Assembly (NCBI GenBank): GCA_964580215.1 | Contig: CAZOJT010000011.1 | Coordinates: forward strand, 5,884-69,883 | Reading direction: 5' to 3' | DNA from: an uncultured Ignavibacteria bacterium | GTDB lineage: Bacteria; Zixibacteria; MSB-5A5; SM1-73 | DNA: 64,000 nt | Shown here: in pieces, positions 9,504 through 18,486 of the stretch | Numbering within the stretch: the first letter of the stretch is position 1 | How the letters are laid out: each line of letters opens with the position of its first letter | Program-made: the position numbers and the translations under genes | Notes under the pieces: generated by a model | The model's database searches: none | What the model saw: the letters and a program-made list of their open reading frames with translations, nothing else | Told to the model about the DNA's origin: nothing

Positions 9504-9532
9504 AATATACTGCACTTATGTGCACTTGTCAA
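9504..9532 (-). promoter_or_regulatory. Sigma70 promoter with palindromic operator in the spacer
   Basis: TTGACA-17 bp-TATATT; TGCAC-N4-GTGCA at 9511-9524; ATG 14 nt after the -10, no SD. Confidence 0.65.
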
Positions 9533-9624
9533 GAGAAAAGTTCAAAATTTTTTGCCGGTTCGGTTCTGCCTATTCTTCTCTCCGCTATATTACAATGAAC
9601 TGATAAACGGCCGTGTGCGTTGTT

Positions 9625-11469
9625 TCACAATCTCTCCAACGCTTCTTGGGGGTAGATGTCCAGCGCAATCATCCACTCTTTCAGTTTTTGCACTCTGACT
9701 TTGTGATCAGTCGGCAGATGGAATGGTCTTCCCCGGCAATCGATGATGATTCCGTTCGCTCCTCCATGAATCGTCGTCTCCTCCTTGTTTCCCTTTCCTC
9801 CACCCACATCGAAACCTCGATGCGGCTCCAGGGCTGCCTTACAGGTTAATGGAACTCCGGTCTTTTCATCCAATCCCAGGGGTATTCTTCTCATCTCTCC
9901 ATATTTTACCGAGCTTTCTTCGGTCTTCCCGTCAGGCATGATAAATTTGTAGTCCAAAATCTCCCTTTCCTCTTTGGATTCACCCACCGGTGCGATGCAG
10001 GTGCCCAGATGAATCAAACAATCTTTGTCAAACACCTGAGTGGCGGCTTTGGGGTGAACCGTGGACAGGACACCCAACTGGGGCATCATGAAGATGGAGT
10101 CAACTGCTAAACGGGTTATCCCTTCCGGCAGGAAACCATCGATCAGCATCAAAGCAGCCTGTTGTCTTCGGGGAGCATGAGAGAGCACCCCTCCGGAACC
10201 GACGAGTATGCTCAAACTCATCATGTTAACCAGGGTCTGGCCACCTAACTCCTGCTCAAAGGCATCTCCAATGGTTCTCTGTTGTTGAACTCCTTTCAAA
10301 GCGGTGGCAAAGGACTTATGCTGGATGAATGCCAGCCTTAACGCCTCTTTGGCTATCGCCTGTTCGAAGATCAACTCCTCCATCATCTGAGGGATGGTAG
10401 TCGGTCGGATCATCTTGTTTTTCACCCGGTTTCTCAGATCTCTTTCGTCCATGTGAAAGGGGACCCAACGCATCACATTCTCCAAGCCCGTTTCAGCAAA
10501 AACGTTGGAGACCGAGTAGCTCATTCCGAGATTGGCGCTAACCGTGCGGTTGAAGACTCCTTGAAAAACGGAGAATATATCGGTGGTCGCTCCTCCGATG
10601 TCCACCCCGACCGCCTCGATTCCCTCCTGGTCGGCAATGGTCTTGATGATAAGCCCCACCGCTCCGGGAGTGGGCATGATGGGTGCATCGGTCCAGGTCA
10701 TCAACTTGCGGTAACCGGGAGCCTGTGCCATCACGTGTTCCATGAAAAGATCGTGGATCTTTTCACGAGCCGGCAGGAGATTTTCCCTTTCCAGCACCGG
10801 CCTTAGGTTATCCACGATGTCTAAATCAACTTTGTCCTGCAGAGTCTCTTTGATCGCTTCTCTGGCATCCACGTTGCCAGCGTAGATGATGGGGAGTTTA
10901 TATCCAATCCCCAATCTCGGCTTGGGATCAGCGGCAGAAATCAATTCAGCTATTTCCACCACGTGAGTAGTTGTGCCACCGTCGATGCCACCTGATAAGA
11001 GGATCATATCGGGTCTTAGATGTCTGATTCTTTGAATCTGCTGATGGGGAAGCCTTTTGTCGTTGGATGCGATCACGTCCATGACGATGGCGCCTGCTCC
11101 CAGAGCGGCTCGTTCGGCCGATTCGGCGGTCATGCTTCTGACCACCCCCGCCACCATCATCTGCAGACCCCCGCCGGCTGAGGAGGTGGAAATATAGAGG
11201 TCAGTGCCAATGTTATCCTTAGCGGGTGAGATGATCTTGCCATCCTCATCTAACAGCTTTCTTCCGGTGAGATCTTCCACCTCGCCTACGGCATTTAAAA
11301 CACCCATGGTGACGTCCTCAAAGGGAGTCTCCACCGTGGTGGGCGCTTCTCCCCTCACGATCAATCGATATTCCTCCCCCTTCTTCTCAATCAAGATCGC
11401 TTTGGTGGTGGTGCTGCCGCAATCAGTAGCTAAAATCACATTAATGTCTTCAGGTTTTAGGTCTTTCAT
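9625..11469 (-). CDS. GlmL/MutL-like (glutamate mutase L family) ASKHA-fold ATPase
   Basis: Phosphate-1 DCGSTTTK, phosphate-2 VDIGGATTD, adenosine GSGGVLSH; SSAGGGLQM and IIIDCRGRP family motifs. Confidence 0.85.
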   Translation of the reverse strand: MKDLKPEDINVILATDCGSTTTKAILIEKKGEEYRLIVRGEAPTTVETPFEDVTMGVLNAVGEVEDLTGRKLLDEDGKIISPAKDNIGTDLYISTSSAGGGLQMMVAGVVRSMTAESAERAALGAGAIVMDVIASNDKRLPHQQIQRIRHLRPDMILLSGGIDGGTTTHVVEIAELISAADPKPRLGIGYKLPIIYAGNVDAREAIKETLQDKVDLDIVDNLRPVLERENLLPAREKIHDLFMEHVMAQAPGYRKLMTWTDAPIMPTPGAVGLIIKTIADQEGIEAVGVDIGGATTDIFSVFQGVFNRTVSANLGMSYSVSNVFAETGLENVMRWVPFHMDERDLRNRVKNKMIRPTTIPQMMEELIFEQAIAKEALRLAFIQHKSFATALKGVQQQRTIGDAFEQELGGQTLVNMMSLSILVGSGGVLSHAPRRQQAALMLIDGFLPEGITRLAVDSIFMMPQLGVLSTVHPKAATQVFDKDCLIHLGTCIAPVGESKEEREILDYKFIMPDGKTEESSVKYGEMRRIPLGLDEKTGVPLTCKAALEPHRGFDVGGGKGNKEETTIHGGANGIIIDCRGRPFHLPTDHKVRVQKLKEWMIALDIYPQEALERL

Positions 11470-11513
11470 GTTGCTCCTTCTCTTTTTCGCTTGCTACATA
11501 TTCAGATTATCCA

Positions 11514-11740
11514 GAGGTCTTTGGGATTGTATCCCGAAACCGCGTAGCGGAGCCTTTACGGCTCCGCACAGAGGCGTAAAGCCTCTGCTACGCGGGAATA
11601 ACAGTTTTGTAGGTCGAGCATGGCGAAGTCTGCTCGACATTCTTATGTTTGTCAGGTCTTTTGACGCTGGGATACAATCCCAGCGTCCTCCTAAATGCAA
11701 ATTATATAGAGGTCTTCGGGATTGTATCCCGAAGGCCAGA
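11514..11740. repeat. REP cluster at the 3' side of the RAYT gene
   Basis: GGGATTGTATCCC hairpins (three copies) and GTAG-GTCGAGCA-loop-TGCTCGAC at 11609-11638. Confidence 0.8.
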
Positions 11741-12292
11741 GAAATCTAATTCATCTACCTCCAAAGGGGATTCCTTCTGACATACGAAGTTCCTTGCACT
11801 CGAAAAATAATAATCCTCTGGGTCTTTCGCCAAGCCCTTTCTTACTGGATTGTAATGAATGTACTGAATCTTTTGATTCAAAAACTCTTGCGTAAAGATA
11901 TTTTCATCAAAGAATCCTTCGTCCCACACTTTGTAAATTTGACGTTTGTAGGACTCTGCGCTTCTGGAAAAGAAGGCCAAAAGATTTTCATAGTTCAGTC
12001 GTTTCAGCTTCTCAGTGATTCTTTTTGAGGTAAACTTCTTGAAATCTCTCATCAAATCTGATATGGTTTGGTTTTTGCCTTGATATTCCAAAGGAAGAAC
12101 AATCAAATGTAGATGGTCAGGCATGATGACATAAGAAAACAGCTTCATGCGTGCTTCTTTTCTAAGGAAGTTCAAACTTTTGAGCACTATCCCAGTAATC
12201 TCAGGATTCGATAATATTTTCTTTTTTCCTACAACGGTTGTTGTTACGAAGTACAAGTGACCTGGAATATGATATGATTTGTATTTGGACAT
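11702..12292 (-). mobile_element. REP-associated tyrosine transposase (RAYT, Y1/HUH)
   Basis: LYFVTTT, YVIMPDHLHLI (HUH), FKKFTS, QKIQYIHYNPV (catalytic Tyr), YYFSSA. Confidence 0.9.
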
Positions 12293-12294
12293 CT

Positions 12295-12412
12295 TTTGTT
12301 CCGCTGGGATGCAACCCCAGCGTCCTCACCAGGCTATTTTTTAGGTCGAGCATGGCGAAAGTCTGCTCGACATATTTCTTTGTTGCGGGGTGAGGGCACC
12401 CCGCAACAACAA
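12295..12412. repeat. REP cluster at the 5' side of the RAYT gene
   Basis: cgctggg-atgcaac-cccagcg; TAG-GTCGAGCA...TGCTCGAC at 12342-12371; tgttgcggggtg-aggg-caccccgcaaca. Confidence 0.8.
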
Positions 12413-12424
12413 AACATAACAAGT

Positions 12425-13063
12425 TTACTCCATTAATGCCTGAGCAATAGCGTTGCCAAACTCCTTGGCGGCTGGGGGTCCGCTGGCGGTGATGATGTTT
12501 CCATCTCTCTGAATGCCCTCACCGGTGTATTCTGCCCCTTTATCCTTCAACTTCTGTGCCTCAGACCGGTATACGGTAGCCTTTTTGCCTGACAGAATTC
12601 CCGCATTAGCCAATGTCACCGGTGCAATGCAAATGGCACCTACAATCTTGTTCTGCTTTACCGCTTCATTCAGCATAGAATGGATGGAGAAATCTTCCCA
12701 ATACACACTTGCCCCGGTGCCGCCTATTAGTATGATAGCATCCCAGTCTTCTGGCTTTATGTCGCTTATCAACATATCCGGCTTGACTTCGGCGCCCAAC
12801 ATTCCCCCGGCGGTCTCCAGAGATGCACAGGCTACTTTAACCTCGGCTCCTTTTTCTGTTAAGACGGCTTTTGGCTCTAGAAGCTCCTCGTCCCGGAAGT
12901 TTTCAGGGGCTATGATTATCACCACCTTTTTCCCAGCCAGAGCCTTTTCTTCTTTTGCCACCTCCTCTTTGGGAATCTGAACCTCCTCCTTTTTTTCCTT
13001 GCATCCCCCAAACAGCATTCCCATCAACATGAGCATGCATATTGCTAAAAAGACCTTCTTCAT
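12425..13063 (-). CDS. DJ-1/PfpI family protein with putative lipoprotein signal
   Basis: FRDEEL, ILIGGTGA, GAICIAP (nucleophilic Cys); N-terminus MKKVFLAICMLMLMGMLFGGC. Confidence 0.85.
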   Translation of the reverse strand: MKKVFLAICMLMLMGMLFGGCKEKKEEVQIPKEEVAKEEKALAGKKVVIIIAPENFRDEELLEPKAVLTEKGAEVKVACASLETAGGMLGAEVKPDMLISDIKPEDWDAIILIGGTGASVYWEDFSIHSMLNEAVKQNKIVGAICIAPVTLANAGILSGKKATVYRSEAQKLKDKGAEYTGEGIQRDGNIITASGPPAAKEFGNAIAQALME

Positions 13064-13085
13064 CTTTATCTCCTATGATAGAGAT

Positions 13086-13514
13086 TTATTTCCCTATGAG
13101 AATATATCGTATCTTCTCCTTTAAGTTTTTTTCCCTCCACTGTCTTTTTCTTTGGGATTTTCTTTCCTGCTTTAAGGTCTTTTCTTTTTCTTGTGCCTCG
13201 GAGTCAACCGCCTCTATTCTTTGCAAAAGCCTTTCCACCGTCCCTCTATCTTCCATCATGTTTCTGACCTCATCGTAATCTTTCCAGGAGAAGACCGCCT
13301 GAACGAACGGCTCAAAGAAAGCCATCATCTGACTGCCCACATAATTTAAAGGCTTGACCGATTCCAAAAAAAGTATGGCTGGAACTGACATCTTCCAGTA
13401 GACCACCTTCTGAGCGATCTTGGTGAGAATCTCCTCCTGGTGAGGTGTGAGTTCTTTTTTATCTCCTCCCCTCTGACCCATGGAAAACATGTCCCTGAGG
13501 AAGGCCACAAACAA
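13086..13514 (-). CDS. Conserved hypothetical protein
   Basis: VPAILFLESVKPLNYVGSQ; operon-like spacing. Confidence 0.7.
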   Translation of the reverse strand: MFVAFLRDMFSMGQRGGDKKELTPHQEEILTKIAQKVVYWKMSVPAILFLESVKPLNYVGSQMMAFFEPFVQAVFSWKDYDEVRNMMEDRGTVERLLQRIEAVDSEAQEKEKTLKQERKSQRKRQWREKNLKEKIRYILIGK

Positions 13515-13533
13515 TCACCTCTTTTTCGTCATC

Positions 13534-13968
13534 TTAAATGCGTTCTTTTCTCTGTATGTTTGATTTTACGAAATCAACCACCTGATCTTTGTTCTGGTTA
13601 AATCTTACATAAATCCCCCTGAAGTTTTCCAGCCGGGAAGGTTTTTCAAAGGGGGAAAGCAAAACCCCGTTTTTGTCCACATAAAATGAACGAAATGCGT
13701 CCCACTCTCTCTCCCGCGTGGTGAGAAAGAATCTTACTCTGACCTTCTTCTGGTCGAGCTCATAATGGGTCGGCAGAAAGAAGGATGATAAGGATCCCAG
13801 TATGATGACCACGGAAAGGACAGTGAGCAAGAGACTGGAGGTGGTCAGATATACCACCAACCATACGACGAACAAAAACAGGATGACCAAAATCGAGATT
13901 AAAGTCCTTTTCCTCACCGGATGTGACGACCACTTAAGCACCGTGTTTTCACTCATCTTGTCATTCAT
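13534..13968 (-). CDS. Hypothetical membrane protein (2 TM + soluble C-terminus)
   Basis: ORF with two hydrophobic helices; SPFEKPSRLENFRG. Confidence 0.7.
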   Translation of the reverse strand: MNDKMSENTVLKWSSHPVRKRTLISILVILFLFVVWLVVYLTTSSLLLTVLSVVIILGSLSSFFLPTHYELDQKKVRVRFFLTTREREWDAFRSFYVDKNGVLLSPFEKPSRLENFRGIYVRFNQNKDQVVDFVKSNIQRKERI

Positions 13969-13995
13969 TGACTCAAGACAACCTTCAACAGCAAG

Positions 13996-14283
13996 CTAAC
14001 GCTTATCTTTTTGAGGCAAATCTCCTGGTGTTCTATATCTTTCCTTTCTCACCTGCTCTATCTCGGAAACCAACTCTTCTGGTTTGAATATCTTTTTCTT
14101 AACCAGAAGACGCACTAAAGCCTCTTGAGCCAAGTTATTGGAAAGACATAACTCGTCGAAGGTTACTTCTTTCTCTTTGTCGCCTATTATTACTCTCAGA
14201 GCAACCCTTCTGTCTTTTTCCTCAGTCAACTCACTTCCCCTTGTTTTATGTCGAATATAAACTCCATCATAAGTATAACTCAA
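13996..14283 (-). CDS. Hypothetical protein
   Basis: 95-aa ORF in same-strand gene run. Confidence 0.6.
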   Translation of the reverse strand: MSYTYDGVYIRHKTRGSELTEEKDRRVALRVIIGDKEKEVTFDELCLSNNLAQEALVRLLVKKKIFKPEELVSEIEQVRKERYRTPGDLPQKDKR

Positions 14284-14307
14284 ATCTTTTGATTTTTCAA
14301 CAATTTT

Positions 14308-16080
14308 TCACCTCACTCTTCTCACCCCCCCGTTTTCTAACTTATAGATGGGAATGTAAATATTCTCTCCCCGTGGATTAAAATGAATCTCTCCTGAGGC
14401 TCCTTTGAAATCAAAAGTCCCTAAAAGAGCATCCTTTATCTTTTCCGGCGAGGCGACGTTTTCAAAGATTGAAAGTAAAAGCACCATAGAGTCGTAACCC
14501 AACCTAGAGACTAAATCCGGCTCTTTTTTGTACTGATCTAAGTAAAGTTCTGAGAAATGTTGCCTTTGGGGGTCTTTGTTTTGTGGAAAGGCATCCGAGG
14601 TAAAGATCATCTCTCTATCGATGTTTTGAGCAAACTCCACCACCTGTTGGTTCCCGCATCCCTGGGTTCCGATGATGGTGGCGTAGACGTTGAGGTTGGC
14701 GATGTGGGAAAGAATGTCGTAAATCTGGTTTTGATCTGCTGAGACAAAGAATCCATCCACCCATACCGGAACCTGGTCAAAAAAAGAATCCTCTTCTTCT
14801 GGAAAAGACGAGGGCGAAAATCCCAAAAGCATATTTTTTATTTCCCTCAGACAGGGTGAAAAATCCTGAGTCTCCAAGGGATAATACTTTATTATCACTA
14901 TCTTGCCTCCCAACTCTTCAACAGTCTCTTTGAAGCTTAAAGCTTCTGTTTCATTTTGCCCCTCCTCTGGGATCAGCATAATAAAATCCTGGAAATTCTG
15001 ATTTTGCATAACGTATTCTGCCAGAGCTTCCCCTTTGCTCTGTGGAGAGGGGGAAAGCTGAAACACAAAATCTCCTAAGGAGGCTAAACCTTTTTTGGAG
15101 GCAGTGGGGGTGATTAAAGGAATCTCCGAATACTCTGCCACCACTGCCGCTCCTGTCGCAGATTCACTCCTTAAGGGTCCGATCACGGAAACTACATCAT
15201 CCTCCTCTATCAGCTCCCGACAAAGCTGGACAGCTTCCACAAGGTCTCCTCTGGTATCCTTCACCTCAAGCTCCACTGTTCTTTTGGCGGAAGGATAAGA
15301 GGACAAAGCCAGCTTGATTCCATTCAACAAGCTGGCTCCATAAACGGAGAAGTCCCCGGTTAAAGGGACCAGCACCCCCACTTTGATCGCTTTAGTGGGC
15401 GAGATGGACGCTTCCTGCAGGAGAAGACAAACCTCCTGAATATTTTCTCCATCAGGGAAATTGTCCCGATAGTAGCTTAATGCCTCAAAAGCTTCAGCAT
15501 AATTCTTGCGCTTTAAGCTCTGTTTTCCTGACCAAAAAAAAATTAGGGGGGCAAGTTTTTTATCTGTATTTGTCCTGGAAAGCTCCTCCAGCTCCTTTTC
15601 GGAAAGCCATTTTTCCAACAAAGGCTCAAGCGATCTTCGGACTAAGGTCTTTAACTTTTCGGTTCTTGCCAATTCATAAGCATAGATGAAATTTTGAGCG
15701 GATTCAAAAGTCCTTGCTTGAAGATGTGCAATGTTGCCCAGCATAAAATAACAGGTGGGTGTGAATCTGCTTCGAGGGAACTGACGGATGAACTCTCTGA
15801 ACCTCTCCTGGGCTAAAGTGTAGTTTTTCAGATGGTATTCGCATTTGGCGATCATGAACTGGAAGTAGGAAAATCGGGAGTCGGTGGGAAAAGATTTAGA
15901 CAGGCTAAAGAAAATATCCTCCGCTTTGGAGTAATCCCTTTCAGAATAGCTTTTTTCTGCCTCCTTTAGTTTCTCCTCCGATTGATCTGGATTTATTATT
16001 TGCGGCCAGCTTGCCGAACAAAACCAAAAGAATGTTACCAAAAGCCAGCCGGTTAATAAAAAGATTTTCCTTTTCGCCAT
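14308..16080 (-). CDS. TPR/BamD-like N-terminus + periplasmic binding protein type 1 (LpoA-like penicillin-binding protein activator)
   Basis: Signal peptide, TPR helices, KVGVLVPLTG, VIGPLRS, RLGYDS, FKGASGEIHF. Confidence 0.75.
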   Translation of the reverse strand: MAKRKIFLLTGWLLVTFFWFCSASWPQIINPDQSEEKLKEAEKSYSERDYSKAEDIFFSLSKSFPTDSRFSYFQFMIAKCEYHLKNYTLAQERFREFIRQFPRSRFTPTCYFMLGNIAHLQARTFESAQNFIYAYELARTEKLKTLVRRSLEPLLEKWLSEKELEELSRTNTDKKLAPLIFFWSGKQSLKRKNYAEAFEALSYYRDNFPDGENIQEVCLLLQEASISPTKAIKVGVLVPLTGDFSVYGASLLNGIKLALSSYPSAKRTVELEVKDTRGDLVEAVQLCRELIEEDDVVSVIGPLRSESATGAAVVAEYSEIPLITPTASKKGLASLGDFVFQLSPSPQSKGEALAEYVMQNQNFQDFIMLIPEEGQNETEALSFKETVEELGGKIVIIKYYPLETQDFSPCLREIKNMLLGFSPSSFPEEEDSFFDQVPVWVDGFFVSADQNQIYDILSHIANLNVYATIIGTQGCGNQQVVEFAQNIDREMIFTSDAFPQNKDPQRQHFSELYLDQYKKEPDLVSRLGYDSMVLLLSIFENVASPEKIKDALLGTFDFKGASGEIHFNPRGENIYIPIYKLENGGVRRVR

Positions 16081-16106
16081 ATCATCACAGCCGGACTAAC
16101 TTACAC

Positions 16107-16166
16107 GACCCTTGCCCTCTGCCCCTAAGGGTCAAGGGGCAAGGGTCAGGGGTCAAGGGGCAGGGG
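16107..16166. repeat. 7-bp periodic repeat hairpin
   Basis: gacccttgccctctgcccct followed by aagggtc-aaggggc-aagggtc-aggggtc-aaggggc. Confidence 0.7.
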
Positions 16167-16655
16167 TTACAAGGAGTATTTCCCGAAGTCCTCCGGATTG
16201 ATTCTCTTCAACCTCTCCTTCAGGGTTTCTGGGTCACTTAAATCCAGCCCCTCCTTATCTGGTCTCTTCAACTGGAACAGCTCCTCAGCCACGTAAAGGG
16301 GGACTTTGGTTTTAAGCGCTAAAGCTATGGAATCAGATGGTCGGGCATCGACCTCCAAGATCGACCCATCCGTCTCAATATAGATTTTGGCATAAAAGGT
16401 CTGCTCCTTCAACTCTGTTACCTCAACCTTCTGAACGTTCCCACCCATGGTGGCGATCACCAATTTCAAAAGATCATGGGTCAAAGGTCTTCGAGAGGTG
16501 ACCCCGGATAGCTCCATGGCGATGGCTAAAGCTTCATAATGTCCGATCCAGATAGGAAGCAGTCGATCCGAATCTGAGGTGGACAGAATCACCACCGGTG
16601 AGTTGGTGGTCATGTCAAGTGCCAGCCCGTTCACCTTTGCTTCGATCATGCTCAT
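16167..16655 (-). CDS. Bifunctional nuclease family (DUF151)
   Basis: LPIWIG..EA, RPLTHDLL, TFYAKI, DARPSDSIALAL. Confidence 0.9.
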   Translation of the reverse strand: MSMIEAKVNGLALDMTTNSPVVILSTSDSDRLLPIWIGHYEALAIAMELSGVTSRRPLTHDLLKLVIATMGGNVQKVEVTELKEQTFYAKIYIETDGSILEVDARPSDSIALALKTKVPLYVAEELFQLKRPDKEGLDLSDPETLKERLKRINPEDFGKYSL

Positions 16656-16730
16656 TTTTCCCCCGGGTTTAGACTATTCTAAACAGTTTGCAGTTTGCAG
16701 TATACGGTTCACCGTTTACTGTTTTCTGAC

Positions 16731-17183
16731 TTAGGTTCGCTGTTTTTTCACCACCCACACCTTCAGTGAAGCGATCACATCGCCGGAGATTTTAACGGGC
16801 ACGGTATAGACGCCCAGCGCCTTTATGGGTGTTTCCAATACAATCTTGTGTCGATTGATGTCAAACCCTTTTTCTAAAAGAAGCTCGGCGATGATCTGAG
16901 AGGTGACCGATCCGAAAACCCGATCTTCCTCTCCCACCATCACCTCTGCAGTACAGGAGATCTTTTCCAATTGAATCTTCAGTCTCTCCTCGTGTCTTTT
17001 TCTTTTCAGATCCCCAATCTGTTTCTGTTTAGTTACCTCCCCGATGGACTTTAAGTTTCCCTTGGTGGCGGGGATGGCTAAATTTCGAGGGAAAAGATAA
17101 TTTCGCCCATAGCCATCCTTCACCACCACCACCTCCCCGCATTTACCTAACTTCTCCATATCATCCTTTAAAATCACCTTCAT
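16731..17183 (-). CDS. rplI: 50S ribosomal protein L9 (likely start MKVIL at 17183)
   Basis: MKVILKDD..KLG..GEVV.VKDGYGRNYLFP; VFGSVT; IKALGVY. Confidence 0.95.
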   Translation of the reverse strand: MKVILKDDMEKLGKCGEVVVVKDGYGRNYLFPRNLAIPATKGNLKSIGEVTKQKQIGDLKRKRHEERLKIQLEKISCTAEVMVGEEDRVFGSVTSQIIAELLLEKGFDINRHKIVLETPIKALGVYTVPVKISGDVIASLKVWVVKKQRT

Positions 17184-17251
17184 AGCTTCCTCCTCCAATA
17201 ATGAGGAATGACGAATAAAGTCGTCATCAATCATTCGTCATCCGTCATCAA

Positions 17252-17527
17252 TCATCTGTAAATTTCCCCGGTGAAAGGAAGAAGAGCTAAGTGTCTGGCT
17301 CTTTTGATGGCTAAAGTCAACCTTCTTTGATGCCAGGCACAATTTCCAGAGATGCGACGGGGCACGATCTTTCCTCGGTCAGTGATGAATTTTCTTAACA
17401 GCTTTTCATCCTTATAATCGATTATATCGATTCTGTTCTCACAGAAACGGCAGGTTCTCCTTCTTCTGGTTTCAAACCCGCTCGTCATAAATCTTTTCTC
17501 CGGTTTTTTATTTTGTATTTTTACCAT
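17252..17527 (-). CDS. rpsR: 30S ribosomal protein S18
   Basis: [39 protein letters not shown]. Confidence 0.97.
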   Translation of the reverse strand: MVKIQNKKPEKRFMTSGFETRRRRTCRFCENRIDIIDYKDEKLLRKFITDRGKIVPRRISGNCAWHQRRLTLAIKRARHLALLPFTGEIYR

Positions 17528-17952
17528 AAGCTCTCCAGTTCCGTTAATTTTTCTCCCGGACTTTGATTAAAAAAGTCACCTTCTTCGCCTAATGTAACCG
17601 AATCTGTTTTCTTATCCAGAAACTGAACATGCAAAGCCCCTATCTCCACAAAACTGCGCTCGGTGCCATCTTCGTTTTCCTTAAGCCGGTTTTTCAACTC
17701 ACCCTCCACCAGCATGGCTGAACCTTTTTTCAAAAACTGGCTACAGCTTTCAGCCAGCGCCTGCCATGCTACCACTCTGATGTAACATACGTCCTCTCTG
17801 TAGATTCCTAAATTATCTTTAAATTTCTTATTGGAGGCAATTCTGAAGTTTACCATCGGCACGCCGGCGGAGGTGTAACGAAGTTCTGGATCCTTAACTA
17901 AGTTGCCTACAATCAAAACCTTATTAAGGCTGGGCAATCTCATATTCGCCAT
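17521..17952 (-). CDS. ssb: Single-stranded DNA-binding protein
   Basis: [37 protein letters not shown]; position between rpsF and rpsR. Confidence 0.92.
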   Translation of the reverse strand: MANMRLPSLNKVLIVGNLVKDPELRYTSAGVPMVNFRIASNKKFKDNLGIYREDVCYIRVVAWQALAESCSQFLKKGSAMLVEGELKNRLKENEDGTERSFVEIGALHVQFLDKKTDSVTLGEEGDFFNQSPGEKLTELESLW

Positions 17953-18007
17953 TATCAATAAACCTTCTGTTGCTTGAGGAAACAACAATAAAGTTTTATC
18001 TCCGAAC

Positions 18008-18370
18008 CTATTCAGACGGAGAAATCTTTCCCTTTAGGTCCTCCTCTTTTTCCTCTTTCTCCTCCGCTTTAAGCTTTTCGGGCTTCTCTTCCGATACCAC
18101 AGTTAAGTATCTCAGACAGGACTCGTTCAACTCATATATCCCCTCCAACTCTGTAGGGATATTCCCATCTCCCTCAAAGTAGATCAAAGTATAATATCCC
18201 TGTAGTTTCTTTTTGATAGGATAAGCGAATCTTTTCATCCCCCATTTCTCGGTCTTTACTAACCTGCCTTTGCGGCTTAAGATCAACTCTTCTACCTTTG
18301 TTATCTCCTTCTGGATGGTATGATCATCTAAAGATGGATCCAACACGAATATGGTTTCGTAAACTCTCAA
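18008..18370 (-). CDS. rpsF: 30S ribosomal protein S6
   Basis: YETIFVLDP, WGMKRFAYPIKK..QGYY, LRYLTV; TTG start inferred. Confidence 0.95.
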   Translation of the reverse strand: MRVYETIFVLDPSLDDHTIQKEITKVEELILSRKGRLVKTEKWGMKRFAYPIKKKLQGYYTLIYFEGDGNIPTELEGIYELNESCLRYLTVVSEEKPEKLKAEEKEEKEEDLKGKISPSE

Positions 18371-18486
18371 CTTCTCACCTCCAATCACATCTTTTTATTC
18401 CGCCTTCTTTTATTATTAAAAACATGTTTTCTTCTCAATCACTCAAAATATCTGAGCCAAATTGTTTATAGCATAAAAGAAAAGGC

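Noticed and set aside
9625-11469. Glutamate/ornithine fermentation pathway implied by a GlmL homologue
   Set aside because: No B12-dependent mutase subunits in the window; the context is membrane proteins
11204-11749. ORFs spanning the REP cluster (also 38127..38804, 58096..58406)
   Set aside because: Translations of palindromic repeats (PAFGG/PPLAG-type strings) or antisense to real genes
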